From Candidatus Cloacimonadales bacterium (GTDB lineage Bacteria; Cloacimonadota; Cloacimonadia; Cloacimonadales; JAIOQZ01): a DNA stretch of 64,000 nt. The notes under the pieces are model-generated. The model saw only the letters and a program-made list of their open reading frames with translations. It was not told the DNA's origin and ran no database searches. Below, one piece after another: positions 31,289 through 41,043 of this stretch (positions within the stretch are counted from its first letter, which is position 1; every line of letters begins with the position of its first letter). The DNA lies in the NCBI GenBank assembly GCA_963662655.2, contig CAXXTU010000002.1, positions 1,408,001 through 1,472,000 of the forward strand, in the 5' to 3' direction. Made by a program: the position numbers and the translations under genes.

Positions 31289-33118
31289 CTATACTTTCTC
31301 TTTCGTTTCCTTATCCAGCGTGACCATCTTTGTATCCGGACTGTAGAAATCGAAGACATATTTGTTGCTCTCGCGGTAACGCTCCAAAATCTTGCTGATG
31401 CGCTCCACCGCGTTATTCAATCGCTTGAGATACGTTTTCTCTTTCTCGGAGAGCGAGTTCTGGCTAAGGGATGCAACAAGCAGTTCCAGGTTTCCCTGAA
31501 TGACCATAAGCGGCTGATTGATCTCGTGATTCGCAGTTACAGCCATCGCAAGCGCCGAGTTTCGCCGCTCGAGATCGATCATCTCGTTGCCTTGTTGCAT
31601 GAGGAGGGTATTGGCTATTTTCAGGTCGTTGTTGATCTTCTTGAGTTCTTCCGATTCCTTGCGCTGCATCTTCAATTCAAGCTGCGCCGTAACCTCTTCC
31701 ACCTTCTTCGCCATGTTCTCCTGAGCGATTTTCCCGTGCATCCCGATCAACTCGCGGAGGTTGTCCGACGATTCTTTCAGGGTCTCATACGCCTTCATCG
31801 GCTCGTTGAGCGAGACATAGGTCAGCGCTTTGCTATCCAGTACATCGGCGTGCGCTTGCATGTACCACAGATGCAGCTTCTTGGCCTCGATCTCCTCAAT
31901 AAGCTTTCTCGCTTCCTCCAGGCGCTCCTCGATCCAAGGAAACGCGTCGATGTCACCCCGGTTGTGGGCATCCTCGGCAAGCATGTAGCTCATGACGATG
32001 ATCGTCTCGATCGTCTCGTACTTGTTGTCCAGCTCGAGGGCCGTGTCGTAGGACAGACGGACGTAATCGACCGCCTTGTCGATCTGCCTCAAGTGCTGGC
32101 ACACAACGGCGAGATTGTTCAATAGAGGCACCGTCTCGCGTTTCAATCCGGCCTGAAGATACACGCCCAAGGCTTTCTCGTAGGTTTCGCGAGCCTTTTC
32201 GTTATCCCCGCGCTGCATGTAAACAAGCCCGATGTTGTTGAGCGAAGAAGCGTATCCGCCCTTACCGCCCATCTTCTCGTAGACTTCTGCGGCTTTCTGG
32301 TAGCAATCCATGGCCAGATCGATCGTGTTGCTGTCCATATAAACGTTGCCCAACGTAAGCAGGTTTCCACCAAGGGTTTGCTGCAGACCGTACTTCTCGG
32401 AGATATCGCGCGCCTTGCTCAGGCTGTCGATGGCCATATCATTGTCACCCTGGCGGTTGCAGATATTACCCAGGCGTCCGTAGGTGTCGGCTATTTGCTG
32501 AGGCCGCATCACGTCCTGAAATTCTTCGACCAACCGCTGGGCCACTTTCCGGCACTGGACGTAATTGCCCTTCAGCCATTCGTACGACAACTTGAGAATT
32601 AAGGTTCTCATCAATTGAGAACGATCATCAGACGACTCATAAAAGTCGAGCGCTCGTTGAATATACGGCTCGGCTTCTTCCTCGCGATCCAGTCGGGTCA
32701 ACACGGTACCGATCAGGTAATCGAGCATCGAAGCGAGGTTGATATCGTTCTGCTCTTTCACCTTTGCCGTAATGTCGATGAGGAAGTCGAACGCTTTATC
32801 GAACTTCTGATGATTGATGAGGTCCCTGATGCAGATGAATTCGAACCGAATGGCTTGCCTGATGGAGCCATATTCTCTGGCGAGTCGGCAAGATTCCTCG
32901 ATATCCTTCATCTCCACCTGTTTGGGGAAATTATTCTGGAATTGCGTACAATTCCCAAGAAGGTCTTCGATGATCTCTTCCCGATGGCTCTGAAGCTCTG
33001 TTTCCGCCAATGCGCTTTCCGCCGTGGACACTAATTCTGCTAGATTCTCATTCATTGAATCAATATCTTTCATTGCTGTTATTGGTTGATTTTCATTCAT
33101 TTCGGCCTCTGCAAACAT
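31289..33118 (-). CDS. TPR-repeat protein with C-terminal HisKA-like dimerisation/phosphoacceptor domain
   Basis: TPR repeats (LNNIGLVY, LNNLAVV, LGNVY); TANHEINQPLMVIQGNLELL; no HATPase domain. Confidence 0.8.
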   Translation of the reverse strand: MFAEAEMNENQPITAMKDIDSMNENLAELVSTAESALAETELQSHREEIIEDLLGNCTQFQNNFPKQVEMKDIEESCRLAREYGSIRQAIRFEFICIRDLINHQKFDKAFDFLIDITAKVKEQNDINLASMLDYLIGTVLTRLDREEEAEPYIQRALDFYESSDDRSQLMRTLILKLSYEWLKGNYVQCRKVAQRLVEEFQDVMRPQQIADTYGRLGNICNRQGDNDMAIDSLSKARDISEKYGLQQTLGGNLLTLGNVYMDSNTIDLAMDCYQKAAEVYEKMGGKGGYASSLNNIGLVYMQRGDNEKARETYEKALGVYLQAGLKRETVPLLNNLAVVCQHLRQIDKAVDYVRLSYDTALELDNKYETIETIIVMSYMLAEDAHNRGDIDAFPWIEERLEEARKLIEEIEAKKLHLWYMQAHADVLDSKALTYVSLNEPMKAYETLKESSDNLRELIGMHGKIAQENMAKKVEEVTAQLELKMQRKESEELKKINNDLKIANTLLMQQGNEMIDLERRNSALAMAVTANHEINQPLMVIQGNLELLVASLSQNSLSEKEKTYLKRLNNAVERISKILERYRESNKYVFDFYSPDTKMVTLDKETKEKV

Positions 33119-33256
33119 TCCTCTTTACAGAGATATAATCGTCTCCGGTTTTTGTCAATCAATAACGTATCGATTATGGATTCCATCGAACATTTAGCAT
33201 ACAGACTCTCTTATTATTGCCGTAAAATTGTCAGACAAATATGTGTTTTACATGAA

Positions 33257-33682
33257 TCATCTGTATAAGAAATACTTTCTCGAAAAGAAATTCCAGGTGT
33301 AGACAAATGGATTCGTCATGATGTTTGAAATAACGTAGAAAATCCCGAGCTCCGAAGTAAAAATCCAAAGGAACGTTTCATACACGATCAAGCCGAACAG
33401 ATTGATGACCAGAAACGTCACCAGTTCGTACACCCTGCTGTGGTGAACGCAACTATGGAAGACCCATTTGATGCCGATGATGTAGTTGATGATCAGATAC
33501 ACAGTAAACGCGATCGCTCCCGCATAGAGGTAGTGGAAGTGCACTACTTCCTTGAGGATCACCAGCACAACAAGCTCGATGAACCACGTTATCGCTGCCG
33601 TCAGCGCGTAGCGCAACGACTGAACATAGGTGTTCTTCGTCTTCTTCTGAAACAGTTTGTGGAACAGTCTGCGGGGTGAAAT
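33257..33682 (-). CDS. GtrA family membrane protein (lipid-linked sugar flippase-like)
   Basis: 4 TM, NY...KWVF and WNFFSRKYFLY; frame open upstream of the ORF-track start 33616 to an ATT at 33682 with GGAGG RBS. Confidence 0.8.
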   Translation of the reverse strand: MSPRRLFHKLFQKKTKNTYVQSLRYALTAAITWFIELVVLVILKEVVHFHYLYAGAIAFTVYLIINYIIGIKWVFHSCVHHSRVYELVTFLVINLFGLIVYETFLWIFTSELGIFYVISNIMTNPFVYTWNFFSRKYFLYR

Positions 33683-33697
33683 ACCAGCCTCCAGTAT

Positions 33698-35431
33698 CTA
33701 TAATTCCTGATCCTGCGGGAAATATCTTCGATAGGATTTTTCGCTCAACTTCTCCAGATCGAAGAGCCCAAGCCCGTCAATCGTGTTCGAGAAGTTCTCA
33801 TCAACGCCAAAATCAATAAACGTCATTCCGCCGTAATCGCACAGCCTGAGGTATTCCCTGTAGAGGATGGGGATCGTATAGCCCATGCCTTTCAACGCTA
33901 TCTTCATGTTGGAGAAATCTTCGTTGTAGTCCTCGCCCGATAGAATCTGCCCGGCTTCCTGCTCAGCGGTTTTCGAGAGTTCGAACTGCTTGAAGGCCCG
34001 TCCCAGGTTCTGGTTGTTCCAGTACCACTTGCGGTAGTAGGAGACCATCAACGCTTTCGCGGGTTCGGAATAGGAATCGCTGATGCTGATGCATCCGAAC
34101 ATCCAGCGAATCTCCTTGTTTTGGGTAAGGAAAGCGCCGATTCCCTTCCAGAGGTAATCCAGCGCATGGCTTTTCCAGTATTTATACTGAACGAAGCTGC
34201 GCCCCAGTTCCATCGATTGGGCCAGGAACGGCATGAAATCCTCGTTGAACTCGAACAGGCTCGCGGAATAGAATGCATCCGGGCCCGAGTTCGCCATGAT
34301 CTCGCGGCCATCGCCGATCCGGTAGGATCCCATGATCTCCAGATTCTCGTCGTCCCAAACCACGATGTGCTTGTAGTACGAATCGTACTGATCCGTATCG
34401 AGGCGATCTCCGGTTCCCTCTCCAACCTTGCGGAAGGTAAATTCACGTAGGCGGGATATTTCCCGGATGATGTTTGGGCACTTCTCGCCGTTCACCATGT
34501 AAACTTGCTTCTTCTCCTGCGGCTTGACGAGGAGCTCGGATTGCTGAAGTTCCTGCCGCAGCATGCTCTTCCCAACCGGATGAATGATCGCCTTCACTGT
34601 CTTGAAAACGCCTTTACGTCCCTGTCCCAGACGATAAACATGCTTTTTCAGCAGCTTCGTCACATCGCTGAGGTGCATGTTCGCTGTGTTGAGCGAGCTC
34701 GCGGGGATCGTATCGCCGATCTTGAAGGTGATATTCTGGTTCCGCTTGCGGAAAATCTCGTCGGCCAGCAAGAAGGTCGAGAAATTTCTATGTATCAGTG
34801 AAAACATGTAGAAGCCCACGGAATTGTAGCCTTTTACAAAGACTGGAAGGATGGGGGCGTCGAATTTCTGCGCGAACTGCACGGCTCCCTTCTTCCAGTA
34901 TCCGTCTCGAATCCCCTTCACTCCGAATCGCGAAACTTCCGCTGCCGGGAAAAAGATTACCGCTTCCTCGTTTATCAGCGCTTCGCGAATACGGTTGACT
35001 GAATCCTTCTGGTTCTTCGTGGAGAACACGTCGAACGGAATCGCGAATTCCTGAAGCGGTTCGAGCTGCAGGAGAACATCGTTTAGGACGATTTTAACGT
35101 CCTTGCGTATTTCCCAGATTGTCTTGATCAGGGCAATCCCATCCAGTGCCCCCAGCGGGTGATTGGCAACGATAACGAGCTTGCCTTCCGCCGGAATCTT
35201 CTCGCGATCGCGGCTGGAGATGAGATAAGAGAAATTGAGGTATTCAAAAATGGCTTCGATAAATCGGATGCCCTTGGTTTCCGGATGTTGCTCCAGAAAC
35301 TCATTCGCCTCGCGGACATGAATCACCCGGTTGAGGAAATTGATTACCAGCCTCCTGACAAATGCCGGATAGCCGTTCATAAAGCCATTGCTTTTCTCGA
35401 AGATCGCTTTTTCGAGATCTATTTTCTGCAT
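33698..35431 (-). CDS. Bifunctional PlsC-type acyltransferase / GNAT N-acyltransferase (OlsF-like)
   Basis: ANHPLGALDG and FFPAAEVS (LPLAT); ISRLREFTFRKVGEG, DQYD, ELGRSFV (OlsB-like GNAT). Confidence 0.8.
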   Translation of the reverse strand: MQKIDLEKAIFEKSNGFMNGYPAFVRRLVINFLNRVIHVREANEFLEQHPETKGIRFIEAIFEYLNFSYLISSRDREKIPAEGKLVIVANHPLGALDGIALIKTIWEIRKDVKIVLNDVLLQLEPLQEFAIPFDVFSTKNQKDSVNRIREALINEEAVIFFPAAEVSRFGVKGIRDGYWKKGAVQFAQKFDAPILPVFVKGYNSVGFYMFSLIHRNFSTFLLADEIFRKRNQNITFKIGDTIPASSLNTANMHLSDVTKLLKKHVYRLGQGRKGVFKTVKAIIHPVGKSMLRQELQQSELLVKPQEKKQVYMVNGEKCPNIIREISRLREFTFRKVGEGTGDRLDTDQYDSYYKHIVVWDDENLEIMGSYRIGDGREIMANSGPDAFYSASLFEFNEDFMPFLAQSMELGRSFVQYKYWKSHALDYLWKGIGAFLTQNKEIRWMFGCISISDSYSEPAKALMVSYYRKWYWNNQNLGRAFKQFELSKTAEQEAGQILSGEDYNEDFSNMKIALKGMGYTIPILYREYLRLCDYGGMTFIDFGVDENFSNTIDGLGLFDLEKLSEKSYRRYFPQDQEL

Positions 35432-35447
35432 GGGATCTCCTGGTTAG

Positions 35448-36827
35448 CTAAAGGTTCTCGATGTTCTTCAGCGGTCGCGGCGCTGTCGCGGGGGTCACGC
35501 CGTCGCCCGAGAGATATCCCAGGATCGGTTTACCCTTGGGATTGCCATCGTCGTCCAGGCGATAGAACTCGAGCGGAATCCGCACGGCCTTGTCGTCATG
35601 CGCAAGCACGTCCTTGCCTTCAGCGTCAACATCAAACGGGTTGTGTTCGAACCAGCCGATACCGATCGCGGCGGTACCCTGCTCGTCGTTGACTGCCTTA
35701 CGCTTGGAGCCGATGAACTGGCGTTTTTCAAGCGGAACGTTCGGTGAATTGATACTTGAAGTTACCGCGCCGACCTTCTTGCCGTCACGAAAGATAACGC
35801 GATCCGTCACGATGCCTTCGGTAATGATGACGCAGAGCCGCTGATCGTTATCCTGATCCGCAAGCAGCGCTTCCTTGCCGACGAAAGACGCTTTGTTCAT
35901 ATCGATCGCCGCACCGAAAAGCGGAGTGTTGGTCGGCATCCAGTCGGGCCTGTATTCCTGACCCATCAACGGCAAGCCGAACGGACCGGCAGACATTCGG
36001 TTCTCATCGCGACCGCCCAGGCCGACAAGCATACCGCCCATATCGAGTGCGCCTTCGACGATTCGCTTGAACTCGGCCTCACCGACCCTGGTCGGCACAT
36101 AAAGCTCCCAACCCCAGCGGTTGGTGTAGCCAGTGCGACTGATGATATAGCGATCACCGTTGTAATCGAACTCGTTGAAGGAGAAGAAGCCCATGTTCTT
36201 GGCTGGATTATTCCGGTTGCGAAGCGCTTGATTTCCATACAGTTCCGCAATCAGTTTGTAGGAGTATGGCCCCTGGATGTCGATCTTCACCAGATCGTCG
36301 GAGATATCTTCCGCTGTCACCTCTTCGCCATCTTTCTTGTATCGCAGGATGAAATCCGCGTCGGAGACTTTCTCGACCTCGACTCCATGATCGATGCCCT
36401 TTCCGGTGAGATCGTGACCCGCGTTGATAACGATCATCACGCGATCCTCATCCATCCGCATCAGGATCATGTCATCCATCACGCCGCCCTGCTCGTTCAG
36501 CAGAAGCGTGTACTTGCACTGACCGATCTTCATGGAAGCGACGTCAGCCGGCAGTACACGATCCAGAAGAGCGACCGCGTCGGCTCCGCTGAAAACAATC
36601 TGCGCCATGTGATCGATGTTGAAAACCGCGATTTTCTCGATCGATTTCGCCTCTTCGAGCACCGAAGTGAGGTAGTTCACCGCCATATCGTACTCGCCGA
36701 AGTTGCTGCGCTTGATCGGTTCGTATTCCCTGCCAAGGCGAGCAGCCAGCAGCTTCTGGTACCATTCTTCCGCTTCGAAAAGCGCGGTTTTTCTTGGAGT
36801 TTCCGGAAATTTCCTGCCAATTGCCAT
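35448..36827 (-). CDS. Aminomethyltransferase (GcvT-like folate-binding) family protein
   Basis: VFNIDHM, YTLLLNEQGGVMDD, INAG, IQGP, SRTGYT; AAGGAG RBS before ATG 36827. Confidence 0.8.
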   Translation of the reverse strand: MAIGRKFPETPRKTALFEAEEWYQKLLAARLGREYEPIKRSNFGEYDMAVNYLTSVLEEAKSIEKIAVFNIDHMAQIVFSGADAVALLDRVLPADVASMKIGQCKYTLLLNEQGGVMDDMILMRMDEDRVMIVINAGHDLTGKGIDHGVEVEKVSDADFILRYKKDGEEVTAEDISDDLVKIDIQGPYSYKLIAELYGNQALRNRNNPAKNMGFFSFNEFDYNGDRYIISRTGYTNRWGWELYVPTRVGEAEFKRIVEGALDMGGMLVGLGGRDENRMSAGPFGLPLMGQEYRPDWMPTNTPLFGAAIDMNKASFVGKEALLADQDNDQRLCVIITEGIVTDRVIFRDGKKVGAVTSSINSPNVPLEKRQFIGSKRKAVNDEQGTAAIGIGWFEHNPFDVDAEGKDVLAHDDKAVRIPLEFYRLDDDGNPKGKPILGYLSGDGVTPATAPRPLKNIENL

Positions 36828-36985
36828 TTGAGTCTCCTTTATCATATTACTTAGTATCTAAAGATTTATAGCCAAACCACATTCGCTCGCAAAACCTCTT
36901 TTTGTAAAGAGAATTATAACGCAAAGTGTTCGGTTCTTTGTAACCTCAAAACATTAAATGAATTATCCCTCAGCGTCCCCGGTTC

Positions 36986-37888
36986 CTACTGCACCAGATG
37001 CACTTCGGGCTTCTTTCTGGCTCGACCCGTCAAGCGCAGAAGCTTGGGAATCTGCAAGCTGAAAATTCCCAGAAGGATCAATCCGCATCCCAGCAGGCTT
37101 CGCGCGCTCATTCTTTCGTCCAGGAGGATCATGCCTCCAACCAACGCAAATACGCTCTCCAGGCTGAAGAGCATCGCCGCGTGCGAAGGAGGTGCATCCC
37201 GCTGCGCCACGATCTGCAAGCTGAAAGCAACGCCAACGGACATCACCCCGCCATAGCCTATCGTCAGCCACGCCTGCCGGATAGCGCTCCAGTGGATTGC
37301 CTCGAACAACAGCGCGACAGCCATGCTCAGCGCTGCGCACGTAAGGAAAGAATAGATAGCCAGCACGATGTGGTTCGCCACCTTGGCTTGATGATCGATG
37401 TATTGTATCTGAATTGCCCATACAAAGGCGCAGATCAGGACAAGCAGTTCGCCGTAGGATATCGAGAAGCTCTCGTTCACGCTCAGGAAATAGAGACCGA
37501 TGACCGCCAGCACAACGCCAGACCAGCCAAAGATGCCGATCTTCTGCTTGAGAATGATACCCAGCATCGGCACGAAAACCACATACAGCCCGGTAATGAA
37601 ACCGGCCTTACCGGCGGTTGTGTAGACAAGCCCCACCTGTTGAAGCGAAACCGCGGCGAAGAGAATCACGCCGAGCGTAATACCGGGGAGCGGCCTGTTC
37701 CAGCCCGTCAGCTTTCTTCCGCGGATACGGGTTATCGCATACAGAACCAGCGCTCCCAGAAAGAAACGAACGCCGTTGAACAGATACGGCCCGACAAACT
37801 CCATCCCTTTCCGCTGGGCAACAAACGATAGTCCCCAAATAACTGACGTTAACAATAAAAGCAAATCAGCTCTCAGCGTGCGACTCAT
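36986..37888 (-). CDS. DMT/EamA family transporter
   Basis: IWGLSF, TTAGKAGFITGLYVVFVP, SLESVF; about 10 TM. Confidence 0.9.
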   Translation of the reverse strand: MSRTLRADLLLLLTSVIWGLSFVAQRKGMEFVGPYLFNGVRFFLGALVLYAITRIRGRKLTGWNRPLPGITLGVILFAAVSLQQVGLVYTTAGKAGFITGLYVVFVPMLGIILKQKIGIFGWSGVVLAVIGLYFLSVNESFSISYGELLVLICAFVWAIQIQYIDHQAKVANHIVLAIYSFLTCAALSMAVALLFEAIHWSAIRQAWLTIGYGGVMSVGVAFSLQIVAQRDAPPSHAAMLFSLESVFALVGGMILLDERMSARSLLGCGLILLGIFSLQIPKLLRLTGRARKKPEVHLVQ

Positions 37889-38094
37889 CCGCATCTCCAT
37901 ACACCTTGATAACTCCAATTTTCACCGGGATCGTTTGCGTGCAAGATAATTCACCCGATATCTGAAATAAAAATCGAGCATTCTCAGGGCAGGAAATCGC
38001 ATGCCGGATTCTATAGATTTGCACCTGGGAAAATGTCATTCACAAACAATCCGGTAACCTTATATCTCCCATGCAAAAAAACGCGTTTTATTTA

Positions 38095-38123
38095 TTGACA
38101 TCCATGAATGAATTTTGCATTCT
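38095..38123 (+). promoter_or_regulatory. Putative sigma70 promoter
   Basis: TTGACA-N17-CATTCT upstream of the GGAGG RBS at about 38146. Confidence 0.4.
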
Positions 38124-38156
38124 TAATGATGTTCAACAAACAATCGGAGGTGTGAC

Positions 38157-39386
38157 ATGAGAACATTTTTGATCATTACCATTCTCGTTTTCGCAATGAT
38201 CCTCGGCGCACAGGAATCCTGGATGCCGTTCAGCTTCGATACAGGTAATATCTACACATATTTCTTCAACATCGAAACACCTTATTACACCATGGCCGGG
38301 ACAACGAACGGTTTCTACATGACGCCGGAAGATGATCCTTCGTTCATCGAGACAAACCTCCCCGTGAAGGGATTCGCGCCCATCGACGACACCCATTGCT
38401 TCTTCGTCATGGGTGACGGAAGCTGGTCGGATGGCGTCTACCGGTTCAACATGGAGACGCTTCAATACGATGTGGCGATCTATACACCCTGGCCGAACTT
38501 CCTCTACAAGCATCCTGGTGGCGGTGGATATTTCGCAGGGGCCGAGTACGGCCTATACATGTCCAGCGACGGCGTCACCTGGAACGAGCCGACATGGACG
38601 TATCCGTGCTATGACATTACCATCTACAACAATCACATCGACATCGCCGCGGGAAATCATATCCTGCACTCGCCGGACAACGGCGATACCTGGGATGATT
38701 TCGCAACGAGCCAGGTCTTCACCGCGGTGGAATACGATCCTTGGGGAACGCTCTACGGAGCTTTCGGAGGCGTTTCGAATTCCTCAGGACTTTGGTCGTC
38801 CATGAATCACGGGGAAACGTGGTCGCTGGAGTTTTACTCCGATCACATCTCCTGCATCGACTGGAACATGAACAGTGACCTCTTTGTCGGCTGGAATCCA
38901 CCGGAGGACATCGAGTCAGAAGGAATCGGCATCTGGCACCCGGACATCTGGCAAATCGAATGCCTGAACGAAGACTTACCGAACCTGCACATCAACAGCA
39001 TCACCTGCCATCCGCTCATCGACTGCATCAACGTGATCGCCTGCACGGAGAACGGCGTTTACATGAACACATCCTATCCCTTTAGCGCTGAGAAAACCCC
39101 GGATGTCGAAGGGACCTTGAACCTGAGCAACTACCCCAATCCATTCAATCCGCAAACCACCATCCGTTTTTCCCTCGACGAGTCTTCCCATTGCAAGCTG
39201 AGCATCTACAATGTGAAAGGGCAGAAGGTCGCATCGCTCGTCGACGAGCAGCTTGATCGCGGAGAACACACAATCGTATGGGACGGAAGCGATCGTCAGG
39301 GGAAAGCGGTTTCCTCGGGGATTTACTTCTGCAAACTCGTTTCGGGAAATAGAGTTGACAATCGCAAAATGGTTTTGTTAAAATAG
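38157..39386 (+). CDS. Secreted beta-propeller-like protein with C-terminal FlgD-Ig / T9SS-sorting-like domain
   Basis: Signal peptide; BNR-like S.D.G.TW repeats; NYPNPFNPQTTIRF...IYNVKGQ...WDG...SSGIYF...KMVLLK. Confidence 0.8.
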   Translation: MRTFLIITILVFAMILGAQESWMPFSFDTGNIYTYFFNIETPYYTMAGTTNGFYMTPEDDPSFIETNLPVKGFAPIDDTHCFFVMGDGSWSDGVYRFNMETLQYDVAIYTPWPNFLYKHPGGGGYFAGAEYGLYMSSDGVTWNEPTWTYPCYDITIYNNHIDIAAGNHILHSPDNGDTWDDFATSQVFTAVEYDPWGTLYGAFGGVSNSSGLWSSMNHGETWSLEFYSDHISCIDWNMNSDLFVGWNPPEDIESEGIGIWHPDIWQIECLNEDLPNLHINSITCHPLIDCINVIACTENGVYMNTSYPFSAEKTPDVEGTLNLSNYPNPFNPQTTIRFSLDESSHCKLSIYNVKGQKVASLVDEQLDRGEHTIVWDGSDRQGKAVSSGIYFCKLVSGNRVDNRKMVLLK

Positions 39387-39442
39387 GATTATTCCGTTAG
39401 AGATATACCCCACGCTTTTCAGATCAGTAAATGGAGGTTGTC

Positions 39443-41005
39443 ATGAAATTATACATTGCGATTGTACTTGTGTTGTTCTCGCTGCAACTTGCCGCGGAAA
39501 TGGCATTCTCTCAGATTTGCTCGATTCCAATTGAAAAGGGAGATTTCTCCTATGCGGAGCAGAGACATTTCCACGGCGATGACCGCTTCGTTGTTTATTC
39601 GCAGGATGCCGACAGCATTTATATATCGGTCTACGATTTGGAAGGAAACCCTATGGAAGCGCTGCATTTAGCGATGACAGACGAAACAGATGCACGCAGG
39701 ATGACCTTCTTCGAATACGACGGCCTGCCGCATCTTGCGATTTCACGTGTCGAGATCGGCGAGGTGGAAGATACAGACGAAGGCTGGGAGCGAAGCAACC
39801 AGGTGATTGGTCAGATTTACAACCTCGATACCGGAGCAATTGTTACTTCGAGGATTATCCTTTCGATCCAGAGCAGCTACGCGCACGGGGACGACTTCCA
39901 CTCGAGTAGCATATACACGACGATCCTCGATCAACCCGATTTCTATGCTACAGACGAAGGCGATTCCCATGTCCTGATCCCATTCACAACGAGATGCAGC
40001 TTCAGTCATTGGGTTGGAGGAAGTGCAGGCACCGACGGTGTGCAAGAAAAGACGTACCTGTTTGAATTCACACTGACCGAGGAAGGTATCCAGCCCGAGC
40101 TGATATCCAATGCAGGGTATGATGTCATCACGGGAGACATCCCGGGCTACCCGATGATCAATTCGGGCAGAAGCGTAAGAAAAGAGGAATCGAATGGAGA
40201 GAATCAATCAACCTCCCACACATTCGCATATTCCGATGTTTGCATCCTCGAGGAAGACAATTTTGTATTCGGTTCCGGATTGTTCAACGCCAGGTATATG
40301 CTGCTTTCAGATAACTACCCCGGAGAACCGGCAAGCTTCACCATGCTTTCCGTCGATTACATCATGGAAAACGTCATGGATTACGAAATCGAGTTCACCG
40401 AACGCGATATGAACGGGGAAGTACAGTGGTCGGCAACATCGACATGCTTTGAAACCGACATGCTTCTCGAAGGAAAGTGCGTATCCGGTTGCTTCGATTC
40501 ATACTATGGCGTCCACATGGTCATCTACTTCGCGCCCGGCACCAACCTGTGGGAAACCCGGGATCGCTGGAACGGAAACCTCGAGGACATGGGAATTGCC
40601 GACTTCACGCCGTTCAACATCGAGCGATCCGCCAACCGCGACCTGATCTTCTTCTCTTACGATCACGGGGATGTCGAGATGTGGTATGGCTGGCACACCG
40701 TTTCGGTTGACGACAACGATGCTCTGGAAATCGCACTGAACGTCAGCAACTACCCCAATCCCTTCAATCCCACCACAACGATCCGCTTCACGATTCCAGC
40801 ATCGGGGAACGTGGAGCTTCACGTTTACAACACCCGCGGTCAGTGCGTGAAAACGCTCGTCGACGAGCGACTTGACGCCGGAGCGCATGAAGCGGCATGG
40901 AACGGAGACGACTCCCGCGGAAACATGGTTTCAAGCGGCGTGTATCTTTATCGCATTTGCATCGCGGATAGAAGCGTAACCGGCAAAATGCTGCTATTAA
41001 AGTAA
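39443..41005 (+). CDS. Secreted acidic protein with C-terminal FlgD-Ig / T9SS-sorting-like domain
   Basis: Signal peptide; NYPNPFNPTTTIRF...YNTRGQ...WNG...SSGVYL...KMLLLK. Confidence 0.8.
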   Translation: MKLYIAIVLVLFSLQLAAEMAFSQICSIPIEKGDFSYAEQRHFHGDDRFVVYSQDADSIYISVYDLEGNPMEALHLAMTDETDARRMTFFEYDGLPHLAISRVEIGEVEDTDEGWERSNQVIGQIYNLDTGAIVTSRIILSIQSSYAHGDDFHSSSIYTTILDQPDFYATDEGDSHVLIPFTTRCSFSHWVGGSAGTDGVQEKTYLFEFTLTEEGIQPELISNAGYDVITGDIPGYPMINSGRSVRKEESNGENQSTSHTFAYSDVCILEEDNFVFGSGLFNARYMLLSDNYPGEPASFTMLSVDYIMENVMDYEIEFTERDMNGEVQWSATSTCFETDMLLEGKCVSGCFDSYYGVHMVIYFAPGTNLWETRDRWNGNLEDMGIADFTPFNIERSANRDLIFFSYDHGDVEMWYGWHTVSVDDNDALEIALNVSNYPNPFNPTTTIRFTIPASGNVELHVYNTRGQCVKTLVDERLDAGAHEAAWNGDDSRGNMVSSGVYLYRICIADRSVTGKMLLLK

Positions 41006-41043
41006 TTAAGCTGATAATTGATGATATAAAGGAGCCCAGATTA

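Noticed and set aside
22924..33250. Genomic island integrated at the CAT tRNA
   Set aside because: Accessory-looking genes with partly lower GC, but no integrase and no duplicated tRNA 3' end seen
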